A stretch of DNA of 64,000 nucleotides, from contig CAXXHB010000002.1 of the NCBI GenBank assembly GCA_963664815.2, positions 448,001-512,000 on the forward strand. The letters are read 5' to 3'. The translations under genes and the position numbers were made by a program. Origin of the DNA: Spirochaetota bacterium (GTDB taxonomy: Bacteria > Spirochaetota > UBA4802 > UBA5550). The notes under the pieces were generated by a model that saw only the letters and a list, made by a program, of their open reading frames with translations, was not told the DNA's origin and made no database searches. Positions 1 to 10,139 of the stretch are shown here, one piece after another. How positions within the stretch are numbered: position 1 is the stretch's first letter; each line of letters opens with the position of its first letter.

Positions 1-375
1 CATTTTTGCAATGTTTGCCAGAGTTTTTATATGTTGTGTAAGTTTATCTTTCGGGACAATAAGGAGGATTACAATCTTTACAGGTTCGTTGTCAATGGAA
101 TCAAAATTTAATCCCCGGGGAGTAATAGCCATTACGGCTATTATGTTGTTGACCTTTGTTGTTGAACAGTGCGGTATAGCAACTCCGTTACCGATACCTG
201 TACTCATCGATTTTTCTCTTTCAATAAGGGAGCTTTTTATAGCTTCAGAGTCTTCATGAGAAATTTCTTTATTCTTTACCGTGAGATCAATCATCTCTTC
301 AATGATTTCCCACCTGTTTTTTGCATTGGATTTAACCAATATATTATTCTTTTTTAGATTTTCAAGCAGGCTCAT
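1..375 (-). CDS. PTS EIIA (fructose/nitrogen-type) domain protein, 3' end outside window
   Basis: Not in the ORF track. Manual minus-strand translation from ATG at 375 gives MSLLENLKKNNILVK...LIEREKSMSTGIGNGVAIPHC...GLNFDSIDNEPVKIVILL..QHIKTLANIA, with the EIIA motif RE..STG.G.GVAIPH. Confidence 0.9.
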   Translation of the reverse strand, partial: MSLLENLKKNNILVKSNAKNRWEIIEEMIDLTVKNKEISHEDSEAIKSSLIEREKSMSTGIGNGVAIPHCSTTKVNNIIAVMAITPRGLNFDSIDNEPVKIVILLIVPKDKLTQHIKTLANIAKM

Positions 376-722
376 TTTAAATTATTCGTCATCTTTTAAT
401 TTAAGTTAATTATATGTAAAGTTGTTTATTCGTCAAGTCTATAATGTAAATGAAGAAGGTAATTCTTCCGGGTAATACAGAATAAATATTTTTTCAAATC
501 TTCATTTTAACTGTTTTTATAATTATTGCTGTTGATCAAAATCTTGATTCCCTCGCATTTATTAACTATTTTGTCAATAAAATTGCAGTATTATCGATGT
601 TACCATAGGAGAGCGGCTTTTTTAAATGCCGCTTTAAATTTACATTTTAAAATTTTGTTGACTCTTTTAAAAAGGATATTTGTAATAATTGAGGATTTAA
701 TATAAATAGAGAGGGATTCAAT

Positions 723-1052
723 ATGATACATCTTGAGGAAAAAGAAAATGGGCTGTGCATCATTAAAGTAGTTATGCGTGAGGTTCATACCCTTGATGTT
801 CCTGACCTTAAAGAAAAAATTCAGCAGGCAATAGTTGAGAAGGGAATTAAAAAGATGGTTCTGGACCTTTCAAATGTTAAACTTATTACAAGTACCGGTA
901 TCGGGATTTTTTTAAATATTAACCAGATTCTGAAGTCACAATTGAGGCTTGCATGCCCTAATGAAGACGTCAAAAAAGTACTGGAACTGACGAAAGTGAC
1001 ATCTGTTATTAAATTGTATAATTCTGTTGATGATGCTCTGGCAGGTTTTTAA
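723..1052 (+). CDS. STAS-domain anti-sigma factor antagonist
   Basis: 109 aa; VLDLSNVKLITSTGIG phospho-Ser loop and VKKVLELTKV..IKLYNSVDDAL C-terminus. Confidence 0.85.
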   Translation: MIHLEEKENGLCIIKVVMREVHTLDVPDLKEKIQQAIVEKGIKKMVLDLSNVKLITSTGIGIFLNINQILKSQLRLACPNEDVKKVLELTKVTSVIKLYNSVDDALAGF

Positions 1053-1092
1053 AATATTTTTACTGTAAGGTATGCATATCCCTTAATTTATA

Positions 1093-1707
1093 TTATGTAA
1101 GGAAGGGATTCATTTTCTTCTCTGTACCCACTGTTGTTTCCGGCCCGTGACCAGAAAGAACTCTTGTATTATCCGGCAGAGTAAGTATTTTATCCTGAAT
1201 AGACGTTATCAACTCTTCATAATTTCCGCCGGGAAGATCGGTTCTCCCGATTGAAAAATTAAAGAGAGTATCCCCTGAAAATAAAATGTCATCAATTTTT
1301 ATTGAGATTGATCCCTTCGAATGCCCTGGCGTATGAAACAGTTCGAGAGTCATGTCTGCAACCTGTATTGTTCCTGCTGAAGGGAGGTTACTGTCAGGGG
1401 ATACTTTTCCCGGATCAGGTACTCCGAACATTCTGGCCTGCATTTGTACAGTTTCTATCAATTCTCTGTCCAGTTCGTTTGCATAGAATGGAACTTTAAA
1501 TTTTTCTTTTACCCTGTTTACTCCGTCAATATGGTCAATGTGACCATGGGTTGCGATTATTGCCTCTATTTCGAGCTGATCAGATACTGCTTTGACGATA
1601 AGAGGTTTAATTCCTGAGCCCGGATCGAGTATAAAGCCTTTACGGCCGTTTACAACAAGGTATGAGTTAACCATAAAGGGACCATTTGGAAGTGTATATA
1701 TATCCAT
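1093..1707 (-). CDS. MBL-fold metallohydrolase (glyoxalase II/YcbL-like)
   Basis: THGHIDH, TPGHSKG, SGDTLF and GHG motifs. Confidence 0.92.
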   Translation of the reverse strand: MDIYTLPNGPFMVNSYLVVNGRKGFILDPGSGIKPLIVKAVSDQLEIEAIIATHGHIDHIDGVNRVKEKFKVPFYANELDRELIETVQMQARMFGVPDPGKVSPDSNLPSAGTIQVADMTLELFHTPGHSKGSISIKIDDILFSGDTLFNFSIGRTDLPGGNYEELITSIQDKILTLPDNTRVLSGHGPETTVGTEKKMNPFLT

Positions 1708-1948
1708 TTTATTCTCTCTGTAAATTTAATGATTTGCGGCATAATAATTATATAGATTATACACAGAAACAGCACCGATGTGTCAATAGTTTAATATTCC
1801 GTTTAACTCAGCCTGACTGTTTTACCGCGGGTGAGCTAAACTACAAAAAAGTGCTTGTAAAATATATTTATATTCATAATAGCATACATGGAAATTTTTG
1901 ATTAAACTGAAGTTTTTTAAATAAATTCCTGCAGGGGGATTAAATATT

Positions 1949-4900
1949 ATGACAAAAATAAACTGGAAACAGTTTCTGAAAAAACCTGTTATTTATTCTC
2001 TGATAACGGTATTATTTTTAATATTAATTATTTTTACAACTGTTTTTACACAGACTTCAAAGAGCGAAAAGAATAAATCTTTTGATGAAGGAAAATACAG
2101 TGAACCGGCAGTTGTGGATGATTCTTTTCTGCAGGTCGTTCAGGCTACTCCGCAGGGAGATATTCCCTTTTCAGAAACACGGAGAGAGATATATGTTATG
2201 TTCAATCATCCTCTTGTTCCACTTGCAATGCTGGAAAATGAAACAAAGGGCGTTTTTTCCATTTCACCTGCTTTAAATGGAAAATTCAGGTGGTATGGCA
2301 GCCGGATATGTTCATTCAGGCCGGATGATACATGGCAGACTGGAAGTGAATATACAATAACTGTTCCACGCGGGCTTAAATCTTTAAATGGGAAAGAGTT
2401 GAAAAAAGAGTACACATTTACATTTAAATTACCGGCACCTGAACTGACAGTATATATCAGCCGAAGCGGTGGAGGATCAGATACAATTGACTATGACCAG
2501 AAATTCCAGTTGAGTTTTAATTTTCCCGTTTCGGTTGAGGATTTAAGGAAGCATCTCTCTATAAACTCGGGTTTAATAAGAAGATACCAGTATACAATTA
2601 CTCCGTTGAAAAAGAACCAGTATTATGATTATGAATATCAGGGAGAAAGCAGCAATGAGGATAATACTATTGATTATAAAAGATTTTTTATCAAGTCAAC
2701 AAAACCATTTGAACGTGATTCGGAGGTTACTGTTACAGTAAGTGACGGTCTGAAATCTCAAAATAAAATTTCAATGCTTCAGGAAGATAAAACCTCAACA
2801 TTTAATACACACGGTCCTCTGGAAGTATCGTTTGATCATAATGCCACACACTTCCAGCAGATCTGGTCTTCTCACATTTCATTCAACAACAAGGTTGATG
2901 TGAAAAAAGCACTTCAGGCAATAAAGTTTTCGCCGGATGTCAAATTTACAGGGGATGTATACGGAGAAAACCTGACCAGTTTTTACTTTAGAATGTGGGA
3001 TATTAAACCGGGCGTTGATTATAAAATAACAGTCAACAAATTCAGCGATATTTACGGGAATATGCTTAAAGAGAAGGGTGAGTTTTCATTCAAAGCTCCG
3101 GATTATGCTCCGGAGTATTCAATAGAAAATGACATGAATCTTATTGAGGCGGAATCCGGGCACAAGCTTCCGCTGGATGTCATCAATATTCAGAAATTTA
3201 AAGTTCTGTACGGGAAATATACAATAGATGACCTGCAGGAGGAGATATCATCCGGGCGCAATGATTTCAGACTTGCAGACAAGATAAATCTTAAAGATTC
3301 CGAATGGAACACAGGACTGACGAATAATACAGGTGGGAAAATAGGTTTTGATATCTCAAATTATCTTTCAGGGGGAAAATACGGCTGGTTTGCTTTCAGG
3401 TTTAAGGCTAACATCTATGATTCGTGGGAGAAGAAGTACAAGGAGCAGGTTACAGACCAGATTATTCAGTCTACGGATTTTGCGGTTATCGTGAAGGAAG
3501 ACTTCGGGAAATTTTATTTCTGGGTGAATTCTCTTTCAGGCGGCGGCCCCTGTAAAGCTGTTAAAATTGAAGTATATAATAAAAAAGATAAAACGGGGAG
3601 CGCTGTTACCGACACCGGCGGATTCTGTGAAATATCCAAAAAGAATGGTGTAATAGATAATGATGTAATATTTTTTGTATCTGATGCTAAAGGTGATATG
3701 GCATACCTTACAGGGAGAGAGAATGCTGTGTCAATGTACGGACTTGGTGATTTCAGCGCCGGAGCCCATGCGAAGACAATAAGGGGTCAGGTAATATTCG
3801 ACAGGAAGCTGTACAGGCCGGGTGACCAGGTTTTCTTCAAGGGGATATTTGCTGAAAAAACCGGCGGAAAGCTTACTCCTCTTGCCGGTGAAAAAGTGAA
3901 GGTCTCTATTGCGGATTCTTCCGGCGAAGATATTTATTCCGAAGAGATAAAAAGCAGTGAAAATGGCGGAGTCTGGGGGAATTATATTATCCCTGCAGAT
4001 GCCAAACTCGGTCATTACAACGTATTTTTTAAAACAAATGGCAGCAATATAAGTGATACCTTCCAGGTGGAGGAGTTCAGGCCTGTTTCATTCTCGGTTG
4101 ATATAGACGGGATGAATAATGCCAGGAGCGGAGAAAAAGTTTATCTGACAGTGGAAGGAAAATACCTGTTCGGTGCCCCTATGAGCCAGGCACCTGTTTC
4201 ATACAGTATTTCAAGGACAAAGAAAAGCATTTCGTTTGAAAACTTTTCCGGATTTACTTTCGGAGACAACCTGTACTGGTATAATGAAGAGACAAGCCAG
4301 TCAGGAACAGGATACTATTCGGGGGCTGAAGGTAAACTTAACGCGGCGGGGAAACTGGGGATAAATGTTGAATTGAAACCGATGGAACTGGTTGAAAAAA
4401 TAAACAGCCCTGAATCAAAATTTACCATGAGCGATCCCTATGACCTGAATATAGAAGCAACAGTTCGTGATATTGACGAAAAATCTGTTGCGGGTAGAGG
4501 GAGTTTTTCCGTTTTTCCCGGAAGTTTTCTCATAGGGTTAAAAATTCATAACAGTTATCAGAGTTATAAAGACGAGTTCAGCTTTGATATTGTTGCGGCA
4601 TCAAACAGTGGAGGACCAGTATCGGGAAAGAATGCCGAGATAAGAATTGTAAAGAATGAATGGAAAACAATACACACTAAAGGTCCGCAGGGGAGCCTCC
4701 AGGTAAAAAACACACTGGAGAAAAAGATAGTACATCGTCAGGATATTACCCTCTCCAGCAAACCTGAAACAGTTGCATATAGGCCGGTATCTCCCGGAAC
4801 CTATACTGTTACGGTGCAGGAAAAGGGTGGTATGGCTTATTCTCGAACAGGGTTTTATGCATATGGCGGGGAATCCGGCGCATGGGGATACAATGATGAT

Positions 4901-7855
4901 GATTCAATAACCATGATTCCTGATAAAACCAGTTATATTCCCGGTGAAACTGCGAGGGTGCTCATTCAATCACCATTTAAAAACTGCAAAGCGATTATAA
5001 CGCTTGAAAGAGAAACGATATACTGGCAGAAAACAATAATCCTTGACGGTAAGGGTACGCCGGTAGAAGTCCCGATAATGGAGGAGTATACTCCCAATGT
5101 CTATCTCAGTGTTATGATTGTACGGCCGAGAGTTAAACTCGACGCGGGGGTATCTGAGGATGCGAAGAAAAACTTTGATGATAATGACCTTGGTGTTCCG
5201 CGGTTTAAGGCCGGGATGACACAGCTTAATATAAGCACAAAATCCAAAAATGCGAAACTGAATATAGAAACGGAGAAAGAACACTATACACCAGGTGAAA
5301 AAATAAAGCTTAAAATATACTCTGAACCTGGTGCGGAAATTGCAGTTTCTGTAGCAGACAGGGGTGTCCTTGATCTTATAAACTATATGTTTGAAAACCC
5401 AATTAAGAATTTCTATAGTCTCTATCCTCTTGGAGTAAGGATATTTCATAATATGAACCTTATAATAAAACAGTATAAATATGCCTTAAAGGGGGGAAAG
5501 CCGGGCGGCGGTGATGATGGTTACAGCGGTGAGGGTAGTGGTGGATTTAATCTTAAAAACGAGGACGGGACAAGAAGCGATATAAGGTACACCGCATACT
5601 GGAACCCGAAAATTATCGCTGACAGCAAAGGTTACGCCGAAGTTGAATTTAAACTCCCTGATAATCTGACAACGTTCAGAGTAATGGCACTTGCGGCATC
5701 GGGGGCAAAATATAAAGAGTTTAAAAAGGAATTCAAGGTCAGGAAGGCTATGGTTATCCAGAAGAGCGTGCCGAGGTTTATAAGGTGCGGGGATAAAATC
5801 ATGATCGGTGCTGTTATAATTAACCAGACAGGTATAAGTGGAAAATTCAAAATATCTATAGAAGGTGATATGCTGAAAATAGATTCCGCCATGAAGAGTA
5901 TAATGGTTAAACCAGGAGAGGCGAAAGAAGTTCTCTTCACTGTATCTGCAGATATAAAAAAATACTCGGTTCTCAACAGAGCTATAGTTAACGATATAAG
6001 AAGCGGAAAGCAGAATATTGATAAAATTATCAAAAACAGGGGATACCTTACAGTGGAGCCGGAAAACATGGAACAGTTTTCAAAGGCTGGATTTGAAAAG
6101 AGTGATGTCAGAGACAGGCTGTTCTATGAATTCCCTGTGAAAGAGGAAAAGCCTGAAGAGGCATTTACCATAACGGGATTCACCGATGGAAACTACTCGG
6201 AGATGATAAAGATTCCTTCTGAAACAGAAATATTTCCGGAGTTTGGAGGACTCAATCTTAAGCTTTCAGCTACTGCTCTTATCGGACTTGAAAAGGGTTT
6301 CACTTTTTATGAAAGCAACCCGTACTTCTGTCTGGAACAGAGGGCATCTGCATTTTTACTTACGATATCTGCAGGGAAACTTCTAAAGGAATTTTCATTC
6401 AGGCCTCCAGACAAGAGCAGTTACGATTTTGATAATATAGAACAGCTTTTTCTTGGAGAACTGAAAGATTTCAGAAATGCCGATGGCGGGTTCAGGCTAT
6501 GGAAGGATTCAAAAGGGTATGCAGGTGAACACAGCAACCCGTATCTTACAGCATATGTTAATTTTGTACTGATTACTGCAAAGAATAAGGGATACAAGAT
6601 TGATAATGAAATTCTTGCAGGTGCAATAAACTACCTGAAAGAGTATATGAAAAATCCTGAGCGTGAAGGATACAGTTATATACTTGAGACATTTGCCTTT
6701 GTCAATTATACTTTTTCGATAGGGGGATTAAAAGATCAGTTTCTGACGAAAGTTCTTCTTGAAAAGAAAAATCTTCTATCTGCCAGATCAAAGGGATACC
6801 TGGCTCTGACACTTGCACTGCAGCGGGGAATAAAAAACTGCAATGAAGATGCGGACATCAAGTCAATAATGGATTCTTTCAAAAACAGCATGGAGATAAC
6901 TACAAGGAAAGTGTCATTTAAGGAAAGTGGCAGCGGGGCATATATGAGGGCGTTTTATTCTGACGGCTCGGCATTAGGAGTGATTCTTCTTTCTATGATA
7001 AAACTTGATAAGGATAATCCTCTTATCCCGAATATTGTGAATTACATTATCAGTTCCAGGGAGCATGATTATTGGGGGAATACACAAAGTATAGCAGCTA
7101 TTGCGCTTGCCCTTGATGAGTACCGTAATACGTATGAACTTACAGGTGACAAGTCGAAGGAGTTTAATGCAATGGTTCTTGTAAATTCAAAAGAGATTTT
7201 AAAGAATACTTTAAAGGTGGATAATCTGAATGCGTTAAGCAGCAATATTTCTTACGATTCACTTTACTCCAAAGGGAAGAGCGGCGTTAACCTTCCGCTT
7301 GAATTCAGGAAAGATGGAACCGGCGGCAGGCTCTACTATTTTGCAACATTGCAGTATCAGCCGGTGCTTACAAAGGTATTGCCACGGGATGAAGGAATTG
7401 AGGTAAGGAGAACGCTTTATGATCTCTCGACTGCAACCGAGAAAAATATTTACGGCAACGAGATAAAGAACAACCTGAAAAGGGGTGAAGTATATTTGTG
7501 CAGAATTACCATTGTAAATCCGAAGCCTTATTATAATGCAGTTATTATTGATCCTCTTCCCTCGAATGTCGAAATACTGAACAGCAGTTTTGCAACTGAA
7601 AAGAAAAATATAATGCCTGGATCAAAAAGCAGGGATTATGATTACTGGTACAGTTCGTCAAACCAGGTTACTGAATACAGAGACGACAAAGTTGTTATAA
7701 CCGAAGAGTACCTTTATCCGGGGATGCATGAATACAGCTATCTTATCAGGCCGACAAATAAAGGGGAGGCGAGAATGCCTGCTGCCGGAGCGAAGCTGAT
7801 GTATGAACCGGAGATTTTTGGAAGGACAGGAAGTTCAAGTTTAACAGTAGACTGA
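1949..7855 (+). CDS. Bacterial alpha-2-macroglobulin family protein
   Basis: 1968 aa with N-terminal TM, Ig-like domains, DRKLYRPGD, F.VEEFRP, LPDNLTTFRV, thioester motif CLEQ and C-terminal MYEPEIFGR; adjacent to pbpC. Confidence 0.95.
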   Translation: MTKINWKQFLKKPVIYSLITVLFLILIIFTTVFTQTSKSEKNKSFDEGKYSEPAVVDDSFLQVVQATPQGDIPFSETRREIYVMFNHPLVPLAMLENETKGVFSISPALNGKFRWYGSRICSFRPDDTWQTGSEYTITVPRGLKSLNGKELKKEYTFTFKLPAPELTVYISRSGGGSDTIDYDQKFQLSFNFPVSVEDLRKHLSINSGLIRRYQYTITPLKKNQYYDYEYQGESSNEDNTIDYKRFFIKSTKPFERDSEVTVTVSDGLKSQNKISMLQEDKTSTFNTHGPLEVSFDHNATHFQQIWSSHISFNNKVDVKKALQAIKFSPDVKFTGDVYGENLTSFYFRMWDIKPGVDYKITVNKFSDIYGNMLKEKGEFSFKAPDYAPEYSIENDMNLIEAESGHKLPLDVINIQKFKVLYGKYTIDDLQEEISSGRNDFRLADKINLKDSEWNTGLTNNTGGKIGFDISNYLSGGKYGWFAFRFKANIYDSWEKKYKEQVTDQIIQSTDFAVIVKEDFGKFYFWVNSLSGGGPCKAVKIEVYNKKDKTGSAVTDTGGFCEISKKNGVIDNDVIFFVSDAKGDMAYLTGRENAVSMYGLGDFSAGAHAKTIRGQVIFDRKLYRPGDQVFFKGIFAEKTGGKLTPLAGEKVKVSIADSSGEDIYSEEIKSSENGGVWGNYIIPADAKLGHYNVFFKTNGSNISDTFQVEEFRPVSFSVDIDGMNNARSGEKVYLTVEGKYLFGAPMSQAPVSYSISRTKKSISFENFSGFTFGDNLYWYNEETSQSGTGYYSGAEGKLNAAGKLGINVELKPMELVEKINSPESKFTMSDPYDLNIEATVRDIDEKSVAGRGSFSVFPGSFLIGLKIHNSYQSYKDEFSFDIVAASNSGGPVSGKNAEIRIVKNEWKTIHTKGPQGSLQVKNTLEKKIVHRQDITLSSKPETVAYRPVSPGTYTVTVQEKGGMAYSRTGFYAYGGESGAWGYNDDDSITMIPDKTSYIPGETARVLIQSPFKNCKAIITLERETIYWQKTIILDGKGTPVEVPIMEEYTPNVYLSVMIVRPRVKLDAGVSEDAKKNFDDNDLGVPRFKAGMTQLNISTKSKNAKLNIETEKEHYTPGEKIKLKIYSEPGAEIAVSVADRGVLDLINYMFENPIKNFYSLYPLGVRIFHNMNLIIKQYKYALKGGKPGGGDDGYSGEGSGGFNLKNEDGTRSDIRYTAYWNPKIIADSKGYAEVEFKLPDNLTTFRVMALAASGAKYKEFKKEFKVRKAMVIQKSVPRFIRCGDKIMIGAVIINQTGISGKFKISIEGDMLKIDSAMKSIMVKPGEAKEVLFTVSADIKKYSVLNRAIVNDIRSGKQNIDKIIKNRGYLTVEPENMEQFSKAGFEKSDVRDRLFYEFPVKEEKPEEAFTITGFTDGNYSEMIKIPSETEIFPEFGGLNLKLSATALIGLEKGFTFYESNPYFCLEQRASAFLLTISAGKLLKEFSFRPPDKSSYDFDNIEQLFLGELKDFRNADGGFRLWKDSKGYAGEHSNPYLTAYVNFVLITAKNKGYKIDNEILAGAINYLKEYMKNPEREGYSYILETFAFVNYTFSIGGLKDQFLTKVLLEKKNLLSARSKGYLALTLALQRGIKNCNEDADIKSIMDSFKNSMEITTRKVSFKESGSGAYMRAFYSDGSALGVILLSMIKLDKDNPLIPNIVNYIISSREHDYWGNTQSIAAIALALDEYRNTYELTGDKSKEFNAMVLVNSKEILKNTLKVDNLNALSSNISYDSLYSKGKSGVNLPLEFRKDGTGGRLYYFATLQYQPVLTKVLPRDEGIEVRRTLYDLSTATEKNIYGNEIKNNLKRGEVYLCRITIVNPKPYYNAVIIDPLPSNVEILNSSFATEKKNIMPGSKSRDYDYWYSSSNQVTEYRDDKVVITEEYLYPGMHEYSYLIRPTNKGEARMPAAGAKLMYEPEIFGRTGSSSLTVD

Positions 7856-7874
7856 GATACGCTCCCGGCAGTTA

Positions 7875-10139
7875 ATGCAAAACTACCGGGTAAAAATATC
7901 CCAAGCAGGAAAAATGAGAAATTATTTAAAGTTTTTTTTAAGGCGGTTAGCTGACCAGAAGTACCATATATTGTTTTTTTTTATTTTCTCTGTTTTTATT
8001 TTTTTTGCTCTACCTGTTCCAGGAGAAAGGCTGAAAGGGGAGGGTTCTTTCCGGATATTTTCACAGGAGGGTAATCTTCTGAGGGAGTTCTGTTCTCCTG
8101 AAGGGAACCATTCAATCTGGATAGAGATTGATGATTTTCCCGAAGAACTTGTGAAAGAGGTAATCAGGGCCGAGGATAAAAGGTTTTTTATTCATTGCGG
8201 GTTTGATCCTTTGGCAGTTTTGCGTGCTGCAATGCAGGATATAAGACACAGGAAAATTGTTTCCGGCGGATCGACAATTACCCAGCAGTTTGTAAGAGTT
8301 GCTTACAGGGATATTCTGCCTTCAGACATCTTATTGAAAAAAATCTGTGAAATTATACTTGCCGTAAAAGTGGAATTTCACTATCCAAAAAAGAGGATAC
8401 TGGAATGCTACCTGAATCGCATACCCTTGCGATTCAACCAGAAAGGAATACCATCGGCAGCACAGCGGATATTCGGTCGTGACGTAAGGTTTCTGTCGAG
8501 GGAGGAGCAGGCGGCTATTATTGTCCTTATAAGGGAAAACCAGCCGTCCCGTGAAAGTTTCAGAAAGAGGATGAGCAATATCCTGAGTGAAACGGGAAAT
8601 AAATCATTCAGCACCGGAGAAATAGAAAAGAAAGTATTCAGCCTTTCGGGATATTCATACAATAACGAGAACTCTTATACCCCCCACTTCGAAACTTTTT
8701 TAAAATCGGTTGTCAGGAGTGGAAGCGGGGACATTGCCTCGTCAATATCCAATAACCTGAACCGGCATATCAGCGCGATAATAAATTCCGAACTGAAATT
8801 TATTACTCCATACAATGTTGAGAACTGTTCGGTTGTGGTTCTCAAACTGCCGGAAAAAGGGGGGACGAAGACAGATCTTGTTGCAATGGTTGGTTCGCAG
8901 AATTTTCATGGAAAGATATCAGGACAGGTAAATGGCTGTATTACAATACGTTCCGCAGGGAGTACATTAAAACCGTTTCTTTACGGTTATTCAATGGATA
9001 AACTTGGATACAGGCCTTATACAATATTAAATGATACGCCTCTTTCCATCAGCGCAGGCGACAATGTGACATACACACCAAAGAACAATGATATGACATA
9101 CTGGGGGCCGATCCCTCTCAGGGAGGCCCTTGCATGTTCCAGAAATATTCCTGCAATTGATATTGTGAATAAGGCGGGAGTTGAGAATTTTTATCTGTTT
9201 CTCGGTGAGTGTGGTTTCAGCCATATGAAGAGAGAACCGTCATATTACGGTCCGGGACTTGCACTTGGGACAGGCGGAGCTTCACTGCTTCAGCTGGCAA
9301 GGGCATATGCCGGTATTGCAAATGGCGGTGTTCTTCTTCCTGTTTATATAGGAAGAGATGATAATGGAGATGATATTCTGTTCGGGAGAGGGGGAAAAAT
9401 TCTGACAGAGGCTTCGGCATACAGACTGATACACATTCTGTCTGACAGGGAGGCCAGAAGGCGGGCTTTTGGAAGGAGAAATTTTCTCGACTTTCCATTT
9501 GATGTTGCTGCAAAGACCGGTACTTCAAAAGACTGCCGGGATGCATGGACTGTTGGTTTTACTGATAAATATGTTGTCGGAGTGTGGGTAGGAAATTTTT
9601 CAGGGGAGCAGATGAATGGAGTTTCAGGGGGATGGGGTGCCGGAAGAATTTTTCATCAGGTAATAAGGCTTTTAACCATGAAGGAGAATCCTGTTTTCTC
9701 TTTCCCGGACAGTTTCAATAAAGTACGATTCTGCCGAAGGACAGGAAAGATAGCCGGGGAGAACTGTCCATTCAATATGGAACTTGCAGATTCTTCAGAC
9801 AGTTTTCCCGGAGTCTGTAACAGCTGCAAACCGGGAGATGCATATGGTATTGCATTTTATGCAGCATCGGGTAAAGCGGAAATACTCTCTCCGGTTCAGG
9901 GTGAATCTTTCATTATTGATCCAATGGTGTCTTTAAAAAATCAGCTTGTGCCGTTAAAAATTTCCACAGGTGATAAAAAGGGTGATGCCAACAGTTATTT
10001 TTATCGTATTGATAACGGCGGGATAGTCAGTCTGAAGGGAAATGTGGAGAAAAACCTTGACCTTAAAAAAGGAAGGCACAGAATAGAAATATTTAGAAAT
10101 ACTGAAACCATTCAGGCTGTTGAATTTTCAGTTGAATAA
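7875..10139 (+). CDS. pbpC: Penicillin-binding protein 1C
   Basis: Transglycosylase EDKRFFIHCGFD and GGSTITQQ; transpeptidase STLK, SRN and KTG; canonical position downstream of A2M. Confidence 0.9.
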   Translation: MQNYRVKISQAGKMRNYLKFFLRRLADQKYHILFFFIFSVFIFFALPVPGERLKGEGSFRIFSQEGNLLREFCSPEGNHSIWIEIDDFPEELVKEVIRAEDKRFFIHCGFDPLAVLRAAMQDIRHRKIVSGGSTITQQFVRVAYRDILPSDILLKKICEIILAVKVEFHYPKKRILECYLNRIPLRFNQKGIPSAAQRIFGRDVRFLSREEQAAIIVLIRENQPSRESFRKRMSNILSETGNKSFSTGEIEKKVFSLSGYSYNNENSYTPHFETFLKSVVRSGSGDIASSISNNLNRHISAIINSELKFITPYNVENCSVVVLKLPEKGGTKTDLVAMVGSQNFHGKISGQVNGCITIRSAGSTLKPFLYGYSMDKLGYRPYTILNDTPLSISAGDNVTYTPKNNDMTYWGPIPLREALACSRNIPAIDIVNKAGVENFYLFLGECGFSHMKREPSYYGPGLALGTGGASLLQLARAYAGIANGGVLLPVYIGRDDNGDDILFGRGGKILTEASAYRLIHILSDREARRRAFGRRNFLDFPFDVAAKTGTSKDCRDAWTVGFTDKYVVGVWVGNFSGEQMNGVSGGWGAGRIFHQVIRLLTMKENPVFSFPDSFNKVRFCRRTGKIAGENCPFNMELADSSDSFPGVCNSCKPGDAYGIAFYAASGKAEILSPVQGESFIIDPMVSLKNQLVPLKISTGDKKGDANSYFYRIDNGGIVSLKGNVEKNLDLKKGRHRIEIFRNTETIQAVEFSVE